DNA from: Ginglymostoma cirratum | Lineage: Eukaryota | Length of the DNA: 64,000 nucleotides | Direction: 5' to 3' | Assembly: GCA_024137785.1 (NCBI GenBank) | Contig: JAHRHZ010000074.1 | Location: 3,868,183 to 3,932,182, forward strand | Notes under the pieces: model-generated | What the model was told of the DNA's origin: nothing | Database searches by the model: none | Seen by the model: only the letters and a program-made list of their open reading frames with translations | Program-made: the position numbers and the translations under genes | In this document: one piece after another, positions 37,450-51,330 of the stretch | Layout: the number at the start of each line of letters is the position of its first letter | How positions within the stretch are numbered: position 1 is the stretch's first letter

Positions 37450-38079
37450 GTAAACAAATCAGATTGGGATTCCTATTCTCTCAAATTAATATGATGAATA
37501 CAGTTTTTCAGATCACACTTGTTTGATGAAATGTCCAAACATTGCATTGTATCAACACTGAAAAATTACAAAGTCAGCTACATAATAATTACTAAAGGCA
37601 AGTCCTCATCTTTTAAATTAATATTTCAATTATTTCAGCAAACTCCAATCTTGTATGATATATACTGTTGATCTGAACAGGTGCAGAATGACCTCCCTAT
37701 CCTTTGTTTTGGCAAGTAAGAAATGCATATTCATACTATGCCAATGTGTGCCATCTGCCACATTGATAAAAAGCCACAAAATTTGTGTGGTGCCCACATC
37801 TGAAACAAATGTTCAGATATTTGCAATACAAGTAAAGGCCCAATACGTATTTGGGGGCTCCAATGTAAGACTATTGGACTTCTGCATTTTGATCCATGGT
37901 TTGTTTACTGAGTGCCAGAACCTTATGTGCAGGATGGAAAAGAAGATGGGTATTTTAGTCACGTGTAGGCAAGTAGCTTGACATTATCACAACCCTTGAT
38001 GGGATATTGATATAAAGTGACTAACAACTGATGTTTAAATAATGTCAAAGTCTCGCTAATACCTTAAACTTGTCCACAG

Positions 38080-38194
38080 GTACATGGTCTGAAAGAAGGC
38101 ATGAGCTATGTTTTCCGTGTGCGGGCAGTGAACAGGGCAGGAGTTGGAAAGCCATCTGATTTAACAGAACCAGTCACTGCAGAAACACCTCCAG
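38080..38194 (+). CDS. MYOM1: MYOM1 exon: FN3 My8, second half
   Basis: cacag|GTA CAT...CCA G|gtttgt; VHGLKEGMSYVFRVRAVNRAGVGKPSDLTEPVTAETPP. Confidence 0.95.
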
Positions 38195-39249
38195 GTTTGT
38201 TTTGTTACTTTGCACAAATAAGGGACAATAAAAAAGTGACCTTATTTAAGAGAGGAGGGGCTGGGGCAATTTTGTGGAGATATTGGGGCTCTTAGGTGCA
38301 ACCCAAAAAGTTGGCAAGAGACCCATCTTGCCTCTTGTCTGGAAGGCCCACCATACCAAGTATGAATCGAGCAGTTGACAAGCCAGAAGTGGGCTTTTTC
38401 CCTGGGATCAAGGACATAAGGGCAGAAATTTTGTCCACTAACAGCTGCTGGCCTATCAGAGACTAACAGATGTATTGAATGGCAATGTAACCAAGAAAAT
38501 TGTGGCTGGTGTTTTTATAAAACCTACACAAGGCTTCTGCTCAACATTTAATTTCGAGGCCACAGTTATGTTATGGCTAAGGGGTGGGGAGAATTGTGAG
38601 GTTTGGATCACAGAGGCGGACTGGGGAAGGTAGGGTGTTCAAAGGTTAGGGCAGTGAGTTGAATTTCAGTTCTTAATATCAGGTCTTTCAATGAGTATCT
38701 TTGAACAAGGAGCTTCTTATCACGCTTCGTGAGCATACCACCAACAACTGACTTGTTACCAGTAGAAGTAGGGTGAATTTCTTAAGTGACCATTATTTGA
38801 TTAAACAAGGGCCTCAACTGGTGGTGGAAGGGAAAGGATGGGATTGAGGCCATCCATGGGCAACCACCAAGCCTAATTAAATGCCCCTGCCGCCAAATTC
38901 CCCTTATAAAAATAAGCAATGTACTTCATAGTCCCATTTCAACGAGTTTACAATCATTTGGAGCTGTCAATCAAACTGAGAAATGGCAGACTACATACAC
39001 TGATAATGGAAAGTTGGGACGTCAATCATATGCTGCATATCTCTGCTGTCCCCCATTACAGATAACCCTTGACTACTTTGTCTGTCAAAAAATCTACCTA
39101 ACATAACCTGGAAAATTACAATTACCAAGCCTCTACTCTTTCACAAGAAAGAGAATTCCACAATTAGTGACATTCAGGGAGAAAAACAATCTCCTCATTT
39201 CCTTCACACAGTTTTATTGTCCCCCAGAAGAGGAAACTTAGATATCTAG

Positions 39250-39735
39250 AATAATAGAAAACTTACAGCACAGGGAAAGGCCATTCGGCCCATGGTGACT
39301 GCACTAGCTACCCATTCTAAACACTCTTACGGGTATTTGACCTGCAGCCTTGTGGGTTACAGTGCTTCAGGGTAGTTCTAGGTTTCTTCTAAATGAGTTG
39401 GGTGTTTCTGCCACAACCACAAAGTGAATTCTGAACTCCCACCAGCCTTGGATAAAACAAATTTTCCTCCTTTGGGGAAATAGGTCTTTCTTAAGCATTG
39501 TGTCTAAGCCCCTCATTATTTTGTACAACTAGATTATATTGCGCCGTCCACCTCTTCTGTTCTAAAACAAATAATCCTAGATGGACTAATCTTCCCTCAT
39601 AGCTGCAATTTTCAAGCCCTGGCAGTTTTCTTGTCAATATTTTCTGTGCTCTCTCTGGAGCAGTCATGTCCTTCCTGTAATACAGTGACCAGAACTTCAC
39701 AGAAAAGCTACAAACTGTGGCATAACTAGTGTCTT
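39250..39735 (-). mobile_element. CR1 LINE 3' fragment
   Basis: Minus ORF 39491..39700: KFWSLYYRKDMTAPERAQKILTRKLPGLENCSYEGRL. Confidence 0.75.
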
Positions 39736-40099
39736 AAATACAGCAAACTTTGTTTTAACCCACATCTTATGAACCAGCACTCTCAATGAAGCAGTTAAAT
39801 TATATACCTGAAATACGGGAAGTTACTGTAATTTCATAATTTCTGCAATGTCCAAGTAGTCAGTTGAGGGTGTGAGTGAGAAGGCTCTGTCAGTAAGTTT
39901 TATTTAAAGCAAAGTTGCATTATTATTTAAGTTATTTATGCTGTAAATAAAGTATAAGTGATATATATACCCTTGCATTACATTTCTATGACTCAGTGTA
40001 TGTTTTTACATTGATTATGTGGACCTCTTGATCAAACGGAATATTTGATCAACTGGCACACTGTGGTCCCATTGGTGCCAGTTAGTAAAATATTTGCCA

Positions 40100-42450
40100 T
40101 AGTTTCCAGTATTACATCTCTTCTCTTGTGTTCAGCACCTCCAACTGATAAAGAAAAGCATCCAACAGAGCTTCCATACTACCTTATATATCTGTCTTGC
40201 CATTTCCCATGAATGTACACCCCAAGGTCTCTCATTTTCTCTACTCCTTTTGATATCATGCAGTTTATTGCATATTCTTTGCTTTGTCTTCCTCAAGTGC
40301 ATAAATCTCATACCCTTCCAGTGTGAATTCCTATTACAAATTTTCTACCCATTCGACCAAGCTATTGATATCTTCATGCAGTTAACAGCCACCCTCTTCA
40401 ATATCAATGACCCAGCCAATTTCCCAATCGTGACTCTCAGATGTAAGACTAAATTATTAATATATACCACATCAGCAAGGGTTGCAAAACTGAGCCCTGT
40501 GGAACACCACTGAAAGCCACTTTCCATTGGCAACAGCATGCTTTGCTGTTTTATTACCCATTGTTTCCAGTTATTGAGCCAATTTTGGATCCAACTCATC
40601 ACATTCACCTGTATTCCATAGACTTTAATGTCTCTGGCATGTGGTCTTGTCAGATTGTTACATCAAACCTATGTAAATAACATCCACTGCACAATGTTCA
40701 TCAATCTTCCTTGTTACTTCCTCAAAAAATTCAATTAAGGTTTAAGACACAACTTGCCTTAAACAAAATCTGACTATCTGACTATCCAGAATTTAGAATA
40801 TCCTTTATTGTCACGTGTATTCAATATAAAATACAATGAAAAGTGTGTACCATCACCCACACATAGGCACCATTTACATTAACTTAGAATACAATTTACA
40901 AAAAGATAACTTGAAGAGAGTCTAACTTTTCCTTCTCCACTGCTGCAGCATGCCACCACCAGAGTCCTGTTCCGGGCTTCCCAGCCCACACCAGGCTGCC
41001 GATTAATCCATGGCTTTCCAAGACATGGTTAATCTTATTTTTCAATAATGATTCCAGTAATTTTGCCCATTCATTGCACACTTTTTGAAAAATGATACAA
41101 TGTTTGCAAATCACCTGTACCTAGTGAGGATTGGAAAACTATCCTCTGAGGATCCATTATTTAACAGCCTGAGATAAAATTCTTTCTTCCCTGGTGATTT
41201 ACCCATCTTCAAGGAGGTCAATCCCTCCACTACTTCCCTCCTCATTATGATTATTTTATCTAATATTTCACACTCTTCCTCTTTAAGTAGAATGTCGGTA
41301 TCACCCTCTCAACTTTGTGAAGGCAGAAAGAAAATGCTCATTTAGAACCCTGCCCACATCTTCTGCATCCACATACTCATTATCAGGTACATCTCTAATA
41401 GGTTAAACCTTTTACTTAGCCATCCTTTTGTTCTTAATGTACTGATGAACCATCTTTGGAATATATTTAATTTTGCTGGCCAGTACTTTTTTAATATTCT
41501 CTCTTTGCTTTCTTGATTTCCTCTTTCATTCTACCCTTTGGTTTCTACATTCCTCTACATTTCCTGAAGTATTACTTTTTCGTCATAAACTTTACATTTC
41601 TACTTTATCTTACCCTGTATGCTTCTGAATAATCAAGGGACTCCAGATTTGGCAGTGCCAAATCTTTTTCTCTGTGGGGACATGTCGACAATGTGGATGT
41701 CTACATTGTACTCATAGAATCTCACTTTTCATCTCTCAGCTTTGCGAAATTTGCCTTCACCCAATTTAGAATTTTTCCTCCTATCTATCTTTGTTCCTTT
41801 CCATATGATGCTAAATCCAACTGTATTATGATCACTATCTCCAAAATGATCAACTACTGCTGCTACATCCACACATGCAAATTCATTTCCAAAGATTAAA
41901 TCTAGAAGGAAGCCCTCTCTGACAAGGCTAATCAAAAATAAAGTCATGGACCATAGGGCTGCTGTCTCAAGAGAGAGAAATGACTGATGGTGGTTTAACC
42001 TGAGGATGATCACACCTCAGACGAAGGGAGAGGTTGAGAAGGAGGGATATTCATGGTAACCTCAGTCAGTGCAGGAATGCTTGCTAGCTAAAACAAGTTG
42101 CCTTAAATGCTGTTCAAGAATTTTGTGCCTTGCACACTGTTTGTATCCCAATTGAACATTTGAGTATTTGAAGTCCCCAACAATTATCACCCCTTTGATT
42201 TTGCATTCAGAAGTTTGTCTATATATTTGCTCCTCTAACTCTCTCCCTCTATTCGTGAGCCTATAGTACACACCTAGCCGTTTGGCTGCCTTTATCTTTC
42301 TTACTGAGCTCAACCCATATTGCCTCATTGATATTTCATGAGGATGTCATCCGTCCTTGTATCTGTGATTGATATTTCAACCAATAATGCTATATCTCCA
42401 CCTTTTTATCCCCTTCTTTAATCCTATATCCAGGGATGTTGATCCGGCAT
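40100..42450 (-). mobile_element. Long decayed CR1 ORF2 (APE endonuclease plus RT), interrupted by later insertions
   Basis: LGVYYR and VIIVGDF (42062..42328), DLIFGN...FGDSDHN (41729..42013), WIQNWLNNWKQWV...YINNL (40345..40608). Confidence 0.82.
41945..42080 (-). mobile_element. SINE (family of 25820-26025) nested in CR1
   Basis: ggaccatagggctgct...gaggttgagaagg...ggtaacctca. Confidence 0.6.
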
Positions 42451-42899
42451 AGTTTCCCCTTCGAATCTGCAGGATGACCACTTGTCATATGTGCTGTCCA
42501 CATATTTCTCTGTCTGTTCGAGATATAACAGCAATTGTAGCTGTCGCCCAAGTTTTGAAAGCCAGAACTCAAGCTTGTGCAGCCAAAGACACTTCTGCAG
42601 ATATCTTTATCTGGGTGTGTCTATGATTTTAAACATACCACAGGACTCCTTGGCTGAGCTGCCCATAATCCAATGGGATTAAATCCCATATATTTAAAAA
42701 CTATTTATTTCAATTAAAACAGTTGAAAAACTTTCGAGTATTCATCAATCATCTGCTTCCCCTGTACCGAAGTAAGAGTGAATGATAGAAGATAGTTCCT
42801 AGTGCAGACTCCCTTCTTTTAGTCTATGAGACCGCTTCTCTTTTGTGCTATTTTTGAACCCTCGATCTGCTGCCCTTTCTCACATATTCTCAATAGCTA

Positions 42900-43510
42900 C
42901 CCTATTAACTCCACTCAGGATCTAATACATTTCAATAAGACAATGTCTCATTATTCTAAACTTCAATAGCTCAGACTGTCCATCCCTTCTTAACAAGGTA
43001 AGCCATTCATCGAGGAATAAGTTGAGTGAACCTTGCATGAACTGCTTCTAACACAATTATATCTTTCTGCCAATAAAGAGACAAAAATTGTACACAGTGC
43101 TCCAGATGTGATCTCACTAAAGCCCTGTACAACTGCAGTAAAACTTCACTGCATTAATTTCTTTTTCTCCTTGCAATAACCACCAACATTCTAATTATCT
43201 CCCTAATCACTTGCTATTACTGCAGACTAACATTTTGTGATTCATGTACCAGGCCACCCAGACCCAATTATGCAGCCAAGTTCTGCTATTTTTATACATT
43301 TTTACACTTTTAAATTATATACTACTTTACTCTTCCTGACAAAGTGGCCAAGTTCACATTTTACTACGCCAAGTTTTTTACCCACCATCTCAACCTATCT
43401 ATATCCTTTTCCAGATTCTCTCTCCTCTCTGCACATCTTAGCTTCCTGGCTATTTTGGTATCATTGGCAAATTTAGCTAACACACATCTTTGGTTCAAGT
43501 CATTGTAGAT
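42900..43510 (-). mobile_element. CR1 LINE RT fragment
   Basis: tgtacacagtgctccagatgtgatctcac...gattcatgtaccagg...gtatcattggcaaattt, homologous to 15700-16050. Confidence 0.65.
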
Positions 43511-43617
43511 GACTTTTGACACATTTATAATGTTTCACTTTGACAAGTCTGTTGACTGGTCCAATGAGACTTATAGTTAATATGCTTATGGAATTTTAAC
43601 AAAATTGTTCATGTTCT

Positions 43618-43945
43618 GTGTGCATTGCTGGCCATGTCAGCATTTAATCTGCATCATTACTTGCCCAAAGGACAGTTAAGAGTCAACCACAATGCTATGG
43701 TTCTGATGACACATGTAGGCCAGACCAGAAAAGGATGGCTGCCAACATACATGAGCAAATCAAATGGGTTTTTAAGTCAATCAAGATCTATTCCATTGTT
43801 GCCATCATGTTAGCTTTTTCCCCAAATTTTTACTTAATTCAAATTTCACTATCTGCTGTGACAGGATTTGAATCCATGAGCCCAGAACATTAGTCTATGG
43901 TTTTGGATTGTCAGTCCACAGCAACACTATGCCACCATCTCCCCT
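43618..43945 (-). mobile_element. SacSINE1-like SINE, degenerate
   Basis: gacagttaagagtcaaccac...cacatgtaggccagaccag...ggatttgaatcc is the reverse complement of 26445-26800. Confidence 0.7.
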
Positions 43946-46354
43946 AATTTATGTCTGCTTTTAACAATTCCAAAGACAAGTTACCCCTTCCAAAGGTGTC
44001 CCAGGACCATATCCAAAGAGTTACTTTACCTCTTCAAAATGGAACCCTGGCTATCCAAATGAATCCACAATAGGTCTCATCTGTACATACCATGTTTCAC
44101 ACTTGGGTTACCAAGATCAGATATAACTGGAAGCAGTTGCTGATTTATATGTCCAGCTGCTTCCCCAAAATGCTTGGGCAAAATGCACCCTGCCTCCATT
44201 GTTCACTCTGCAAAAATGTTTGGGGTTGGGACTTCAATTTTTGGCTTTCTCCCCCATTTTCACAACACTGAGAAGGTTAACTGTGGTTGCAAAATTCAAG
44301 CCACAATACTCACTTCAGATTACAGGGGCATACTAGCCAATGGGTTCCATTAATGTATGATTAGATACTTAGCGCTCTGTAAACATTCCTCAATATATGA
44401 TACAGACCTACAGATGCTACCAAAGCTAAGAGAATGCAAATCCAAAGATTATAACACCCTGTCTGTGTTGAGTTAACTGATTCCCAGCTGTGACAGCAAT
44501 TAACCTGAATGTCCCTGAGAGAAGAAATTTGACCAAGGTCCTTCACTGGATAGTGATCCAGCTGAAATTATTTTGTGCAGTAGCCAAGCTAGGTTCAGAT
44601 GCTCTGTGATGTTAAATAGCTTACTGAGATTACCTAGTCTCCCACATGAACAACCTATACTTAGGTAAGGTATGAGTGGAGGCTCTGGGACTTCTGGAAT
44701 TGAACCAAGTGTGAATATAATGCCTTAACAAGGAGAAACCCTGGCTAATATTTGCCTGCTTGTTCCAAAGTTATAGCGTCCTTCACAGACTTTAACTCAA
44801 ATCATCTCAGTCAGCACAGACCAAAGGCAAGATTTTTCCTGTTGGGGTGAGACACCACTATTGGCAACAAATGCTTGACCTGCACCTTGTTGAGAGCTCA
44901 GCTTGACATTGATTTTTGCTGGACAACCCAATTAGGGGCAAAGAGTAGACCTGTCTTCCAATTAATGATTGCTGGTATGCCTTTGAAGCTGGATCATTTG
45001 AAGGAACTGAAGGAGCTGTAGCCTGCCATTTAGGTGAGAGGTCGAGAGAGAGGGAACACATCTTGAGGAGCCCTCTCAGCACTTCTAAAGTATTTTAAAT
45101 TAAAAAGTAGCCAAAGCTGCCAGGCCATTATTATGAAGGGTCCCCTCCATAGGCCAGACTGCAGCCATTGCAAGGCTTAATCAGCAGGAGGAGTTTAGGG
45201 GGAGTGGTACAAGCATTTTGGAGCATGTGATGTTCTTGAAAGAAACAGCAAGATGCACTAAGAAGCATTCAGAGACAGAACTGCACGAGCTGTTAAAACA
45301 TGGACACCTTCATTTTACTTCCCTCTGCTCTTGTATGTGTGTATAGCAGCCTTAACTGGACAAAATACATAATGAAACTTTTCAGTAGATGCTAGAGCAC
45401 TTGGTCTATGGCTGGGAGCTCCAGGCATCTACTGTGCTGCTGATGCCAAGGTTGAAAGCTGTTTGGACCTGTCAGCCTTTTATCAATGGCCTTAACTAGT
45501 TGTTTCATTGCCATAATAAGCAGCAGGTAAGTCAATCATCCTCTCACACAAGATCTAGTGTATAGAACTCAGGTGGATCTCCTAACTTCAGTTAATGGGC
45601 AGGCTTTTCAACATTTTATAGCTTCATTTGCAGATTATAATTATTTTCCCACTCTTCCAACACACATAACCTGCAAGACTGTCTACAATGGACAATTCCT
45701 AAAATTCAGATTTTGTGAACCATCTCCCTAAGCCCCTTTCCACAGTAAAAAAAATGTAACTGTGGTTTACAGGGCCATGATGTGTTCAGAAGAGAGTTAG
45801 ACAATCTTTTCTTTTGTTAATCTCTTGAGAAAATCACCAGAAGAGCAATGAAATTCTGTTTCGTCATTATGTTAAACCTCTATTATTTGCCAAATTGAAT
45901 AGAAGTATCTTCTAGATGATGGAAATTTTGAACTTTTGAACTCCAAGATTTTGGTCTTATATTTATGGTAGCATAAAGTCTCAATGAAAAAGGACAACTA
46001 TAATAACTGTAATATATATTCTAGAAGTAAAATATCCCACAAATAACATTAAAACAAATAATCTAGAATGAGGCATTATTTTATATAAGACTTCTTCTCA
46101 TAAACATCCTGATAGATTAAATAGATAATATTGATAATTGTAAAGTAGATAATAAATGTTCCATTGCATAAATCTGCCTGATCAACATTATATGATCTCT
46201 TTAACATCTGTGCATAATATTACAATATTTATTGTTAGCTTCACTGGCACAATTTGTGCTATATGTAAAACCTTTCTCCAATGTTAAATCACATAAACAT
46301 CCCTGAACTCAAAGCAACAGCAATCTGGAGATCAGGAGAGAATTACAACTGAAC

Positions 46355-46452
46355 TAAAACAAAGTTGCTGGAAAAGCTCAGCAGGTCTGGCAGCATCTGT
46401 GGAGGAGAAAACAGAGTTAACATTTCATGTCCGGTGACCCTTCCTCAGAACA
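46355..46452 (-). mobile_element. Penelope-like terminus with degenerate hammerhead
   Basis: Reverse complement gtt-CTGAGGA-A-GGGTC-ACCG-GACAT-GAAAT-GTT-aac. Confidence 0.65.
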
Positions 46453-46467
46453 GTACCCAAAACATTA

Positions 46468-46680
46468 AGTGTGTGAATGGAATGAGCTGCCAGAGGAAAT
46501 AGTGGAAGTGAATACAATTACAACACTTAAAAGGCTTCTGGATGGGTATGTGAATAGAAAGGTTTTAGAGGGATATGGGCTAAATGCTGGCAAATGGGAC
46601 TACATCAGTTTAGGTTATCTGGTCAGCATGGATGAGTTGGACTGAAGAGTCTGTTTCTGTGCTGTACAACTCAATGACTA
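46468..46680 (+). mobile_element. CR1 LINE 3' UTR fragment
   Basis: tggaatgagctgccagaggaa...ttagagggatatgggc...gtctgtttctgtgctgtac. Confidence 0.7.
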
Positions 46681-47026
46681 AGATGTAACAATAACACTGG
46701 AACCCAGGCAACAGTTGGGAAGAAACTGTAGAGACTTGAATTTTCAAAGTACACCTGATCACTGTGTGTATCACTAAAGTACATTTGTCACAGAACAGAG
46801 AATCTCTACATGGTATGCTCAGTAAAACCCTGTCTATTCATCTCTACACCAGGGGGAAATTGATTCTCCTGCCAAGGAGTGTGATTGGATGAAGTGAAAT
46901 AATGCGACACTCTTCCCAAAAACAATGTTGACCTGGCAACTATTGAGCAAAGCGTTCCAGTTTGCCAGTTGTGGCATTGTCAGATTGATTAAAATTTTGC
47001 AAGCAATCCTTTCTGTCTTTTCTCAG

Positions 47027-47183
47027 GCACTAAAGAGATTGCTGTCAATGTGGATGATGATGGAGTCATTTCTCTAACCTTTGAATGTGCTGACATGGCT
47101 GAAGGTTCAAAGTTCATTTGGTCTAAAAATTATGAAGACCTCGTTGACTCATCAAGAGTCACAGTGGAGACCAAAGGTGGAAA
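47027..47183 (+). CDS. MYOM1: MYOM1 exon: Ig My9, first half
   Basis: ctcag|GC ACT...GGA AA|gtaagt; GTKEIAVNVDDDGVISLTFECADMAEGSKFIWSKNYEDLVDSSRVTVETKGG. Confidence 0.95.
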
Positions 47184-48488
47184 GTAAGTACACTTTTTTG
47201 TTGTTAAATTGCAATTGGGGCCCATACCGCCTCTCTTGTCTGCTTCTTCCAGGGAGATCCCAATCTCTTTTTTGTTACCAGGTTTACTTGTAGTGTTAAC
47301 TAAGAAGCAATTTATGTTGACATAGAGAAGAAAATTATCAACCAAGGTAAATCTTTATTGTTTGCTGGCATAACTTCAATTTTACGTGAAATCTGAGATT
47401 CCTGAACAGGCTGAACTCTGCATTAGTATATTTAATGCTCTTGTATTTGCTAATGGACAGAATTTAGTGCTCACTCATCCCCCTTTAAGGTGATTTTAGA
47501 GGCAGGAAGTCTGCATGATTGAGTGGAACAGTGGGTGGTGTGTGTGATCCTACTGTTCTTCTAACTTTCTCCCATCCGGTCTGAGGAGAGAGGGTGCCAC
47601 AGTCCTTTTTCACAGGAGCCAATGCTGTTGCCACTTAAGTATCTCTTAGGAGCCTTCTTCCACCCATTGCTGTATTTAATGGGTGGTAGGCTTGAAAATT
47701 GCCACCTGCCAGATTTACCTCAGGGTTTACTCATTCATGGGCATTTTGCACTCGGTCAAGGATCCTGGCATTCCAACCCCTCCTCTCTCCCTTTATCATT
47801 GCACTTGAATTGCCCCCCAACTCCTGCAATACCCATTACACACACATTTACTCCTTATCCTGGTGCAGATCAGTGTAATATGAGCTGTGGCCTTGTGGAG
47901 CTGCTGGTCCCAAAGTGCTGCAGACTTCTGATTGTCCGCCACCTCTTCAGATGGAGACGTTGGCCCTTGTGGAGCAGTTTTGGACATGAGGCCTGCCCAG
48001 CTATGTGTCTGATTGGAATGTAATTGTAATGTGTGTCCAGAGAAAATGACACATGGGGTCTCATTGGTGGGCAAGCGCTTCTTCACCCACTTTAAGTCCC
48101 AGCCCAAGGTATTTGTGAATTATCAGCATATTTGTAAGTAAACTGGGTAATGAAACATTTGTTAATTCATCAGTTGGCATAGTGAACATCCAACTGAAAT
48201 GTTTTGTCTAATGAATTTTTAATGCCCTTGCCAGCACATGTACTATTGTTAGTTTGATATCAAATGCTAAATACTTCAATAAGCACTGTCACATAGTATT
48301 GCATCACATAAAGTGATTTAACCATTATGAATAACAACATTTTGTGAAAACTCATATGTTAAATGGGGAGAAGGGAAACAAATTTTTTTAAAAAAGCAGA
48401 ACTAATACAAAAATTTACACAGAATATGTTGCTCAACAACATTTTTACAATGTACTCAAACATCATGAATTACTCCTCTCTCAAACAG

Positions 48489-48595
48489 GACAAAAATAAT
48501 TTTCAATGACCCAGGGAAGGATGACTTGGGTATCTATTCCTGTGTTGTCACTGAAACTGATGGAGTTTCTTCCAGCTATGCCATAGATGAAGCAG
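48489..48595 (+). CDS. MYOM1: MYOM1 exon: Ig My9, second half
   Basis: aacag|G ACA...GCA G|gtatat; TKIIFNDPGKDDLGIYSCVVTETDGVSSSYAIDEA. Confidence 0.94.
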
Positions 48596-50029
48596 GTATA
48601 TTAAATCGTATTTACTATTCTATACAGAGATGCTATAAACAGATTTTTAAAAATTGATTAAAATATATTCAGAGCTAACCACTTCACTGAATTTTTGATC
48701 ATTACTCACTCCTGCAAAGATCATTCAAAACTTATGAAGGAATGTCAATAAGAGTTATATGCAGAAGTTGAATTTCTGCAGTCAGTTTTAAACTAGAAGG
48801 AAGGACACAAGTTCAGAAAAGGCAGAATCCTTTCTTAAATATGTGGATTGTGCTCAATGACATAATCAAGGCTGACTGCAATTCCAAGCATGGTCTGAGT
48901 GACAAAAGCACTGCATATCTTTCCTGCCAGAGGGGGAAGCCAGTAAAAAGACTGTAACATTTGATAATGAACGTATTGGTCCGAACTGGGCGTCCATTTT
49001 GAAGTATATGAGGAGACTAAGACCGATCTGTGTCATTCACAAGTTTTACCGTTTTGTTTTTCTCTGAGCACCAAATGTGAGTGGGAGTCAGGGTGAGAAG
49101 GTGAATGCCTTTTTTTTAACATTTTCTTAGCATGTTAATCATGACGTCGGGAGGACCAGGAGCAATTCTTCTGGGTTCGGAAGGAACATTCAGACCTCCC
49201 CTGCGTCCCCCAATACCAACTGTGAGGCCATCCTGAAATCTGGTCTTTGAGATTTACCTACAGGCTGGAAGAATACTTTTCCTCCTTGCCAAAAGACTCC
49301 TGTCACTCAACATACCACTGCTGCTTGCCAGCAAGTTCCTGCATTCCACATTTTAGACAGCTGACAATCTGCAGTGTTGGGGTTGGGAAGGGAAAGAATT
49401 AGCACCAATGCTACCAGTAAATCTCTCCAATGCCTGCTTTTGCTAAAGTAATATTACATAATAACAGGTTTTACACTTGAAAGGGTAATGATGTCGATGT
49501 CAAAAACTTTTGAGCAGGATTAGCTGCTGTAGTCTTTCAACAAATCTACAGCTGTAGACTGCGCACTCCTGGTGAAGGTCTGGTAAATTAAATATAGCAG
49601 CAGCTACTTATAACATTGAAATCTGATCATTTGATATTTTAAATAATTTGAAGGTTAGCATGGTTGCCTTCCAGATTTGAATCGCAAAGCAAAATGTACA
49701 ATGTATCATTTTATAAATGATGATAACAATGTAGTTAGGATACATTGATATTTTATCATGTTGAGATAGTGCAATTTAAAGCAGAACTAAAAATGACAAT
49801 TTTAAATATGCAATAACGAGGATACACAGCCACCAGTGTAGGTCAGTGACCACAATAATGTACAAGATTTCATGAGAAACAAAATATAAACAGCAGATAT
49901 CTCTTTTTATGGCTAAAGTTTATGGATGGAAGGGGTTAGATCCGAAAAATATGGGGGCTAGACGAATCTGAAAGATTATAGTCATCAAGGTTTTGGTAGC
50001 AGGCAGAACAAAGACAGTCAATATTGCTT

Positions 50030-50215
50030 AAAGGTGAAGTCGCCATAGTCCCAGAGGACCATTAGGGCTGCTCGCTCATTAGAGAGAGATGATTGCTGGT
50101 GGTTTTACCTGACAAGCAAGGTTGAGAAGGCAGGACCTTCACATCAACCTCATTCAAAACCTGTGCTGTCAGCAGCACTCTATTGCAAACCAGCCAGCAA
50201 CCCAGCCAACAGAGG
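50030..50215 (-). mobile_element. SINE (family of 25820-26025)
   Basis: aagtcgccatagtcc...agggctgct...ggttgagaaggcagg. Confidence 0.6.
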
Positions 50216-50369
50216 TGCCACCCCACCCTGGTCTTCTTATTGTTTATAAATTCAAGTTGTTGTTATTATGTCCTTGAATCGACTTAATGGTTTAAATATA
50301 ATTTTTTAAAAAAGTTTTGTCAAAAATAGACAAAGCTGTTTAAATCTGTTTTTTCCTTTCTCTGCACAG

Positions 50370-50414
50370 AGCTGCTGCGTCTGCTTGAACTTAGCCATGA
50401 ACATAAATTCCCGG
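50370..50414 (+). CDS. MYOM1: MYOM1 exon: My9-My10 helical linker
   Basis: cacag|AG CTG...CCG G|gtaagc; ELLRLLELSHEHKFP. Confidence 0.93.
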
Positions 50415-50544
50415 GTAAGCATTCTAAACCTTGTTAACCCTGGAGTTATGCTTGTTGCTATACTTTGATTTAGTGTTTTAACCCTATTTAAAGTAACGTC
50501 AGATTTGACAGAGTGACACATGATCATATTACTTGTGTTGACAG

Positions 50545-50681
50545 TTGTGCCTCTGAAGTCAGAGCTAGCAGTTGAGCTGCTGGAGAAGGGACAAGTGCGT
50601 TTCTGGTTGGAGGCTGAACGTCTCTCTCCAAATGGACAATGTAAATTTGTATTTAATGACAAGGAGATTAAAAATGATGAG
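50545..50681 (+). CDS. MYOM1: MYOM1 exon: Ig My10, first half
   Basis: gacag|TT GTG...GAT GAG|gtaggt; VVPLKSELAVELLEKGQVRFWLEAERLSPNGQCKFVFNDKEIKNDE. Confidence 0.95.
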
Positions 50682-50980
50682 GTAGGTTTCTTGCTAATTA
50701 CTGAAGCTTGGAGATTATTTACCAAAACCATGCATAAAGGAGTGATCATGCTGATGATAAACTACTATGGGCAAACCTGACCAAGGAGAAAGTGCACCAG
50801 AAATTCCCATGTTTGTACCAGTGGTGGGGGTGAAAATGGGAGTTGAGAGCCTGCCAGGGCCAGAGAAGGGCTGGTTGAAAACCTGGCCCCAACACTGTGG
50901 TACTATGTTGAAGCCAAGAAAGAAAGAATAAAACATAAAAGGTCCTTCCTGCCCATCCCACACTCATACATTCTCCATTA

Positions 50981-51330
50981 GGGGAGATGATGGCCTAGTA
51001 GTATTATCACTGGGCTATTAATTCAGAGATTCAGGTAATGTTCTGGGGACACACATTCGAATCCTGCCAGGGCAGATTGTGGAAATTGAATCCCATCAAA
51101 AGAGTCCAATGATATCCGTGAATCCACTGTCAATTGTTAGAAAAACCCATCTGGTTTACTAAAGTCCTTTAGGGAAGGAAATCTGCCATCTTTTCCTGGT
51201 CTGGCCTATATGTGACCCTGGACCCACAGCAATGTGATTGACTCTTAACTGCCCTCGAGGGCAATTATGGGTGGGCAATAAATGCTGGCTTGGGCAGTGA
51301 TGCCCACATGCCATGAATGAACAAAGAAAA
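50981..51330 (+). mobile_element. SacSINE1-like SINE
   Basis: Collinear with 26445-26800. Confidence 0.8.

Noticed and set aside
50306-50749. 147-aa antisense ORF (also 17297..17638 and 35607..35975)
   Set aside because: These are shadow ORFs opposite MYOM1 exons with no recognisable protein features.
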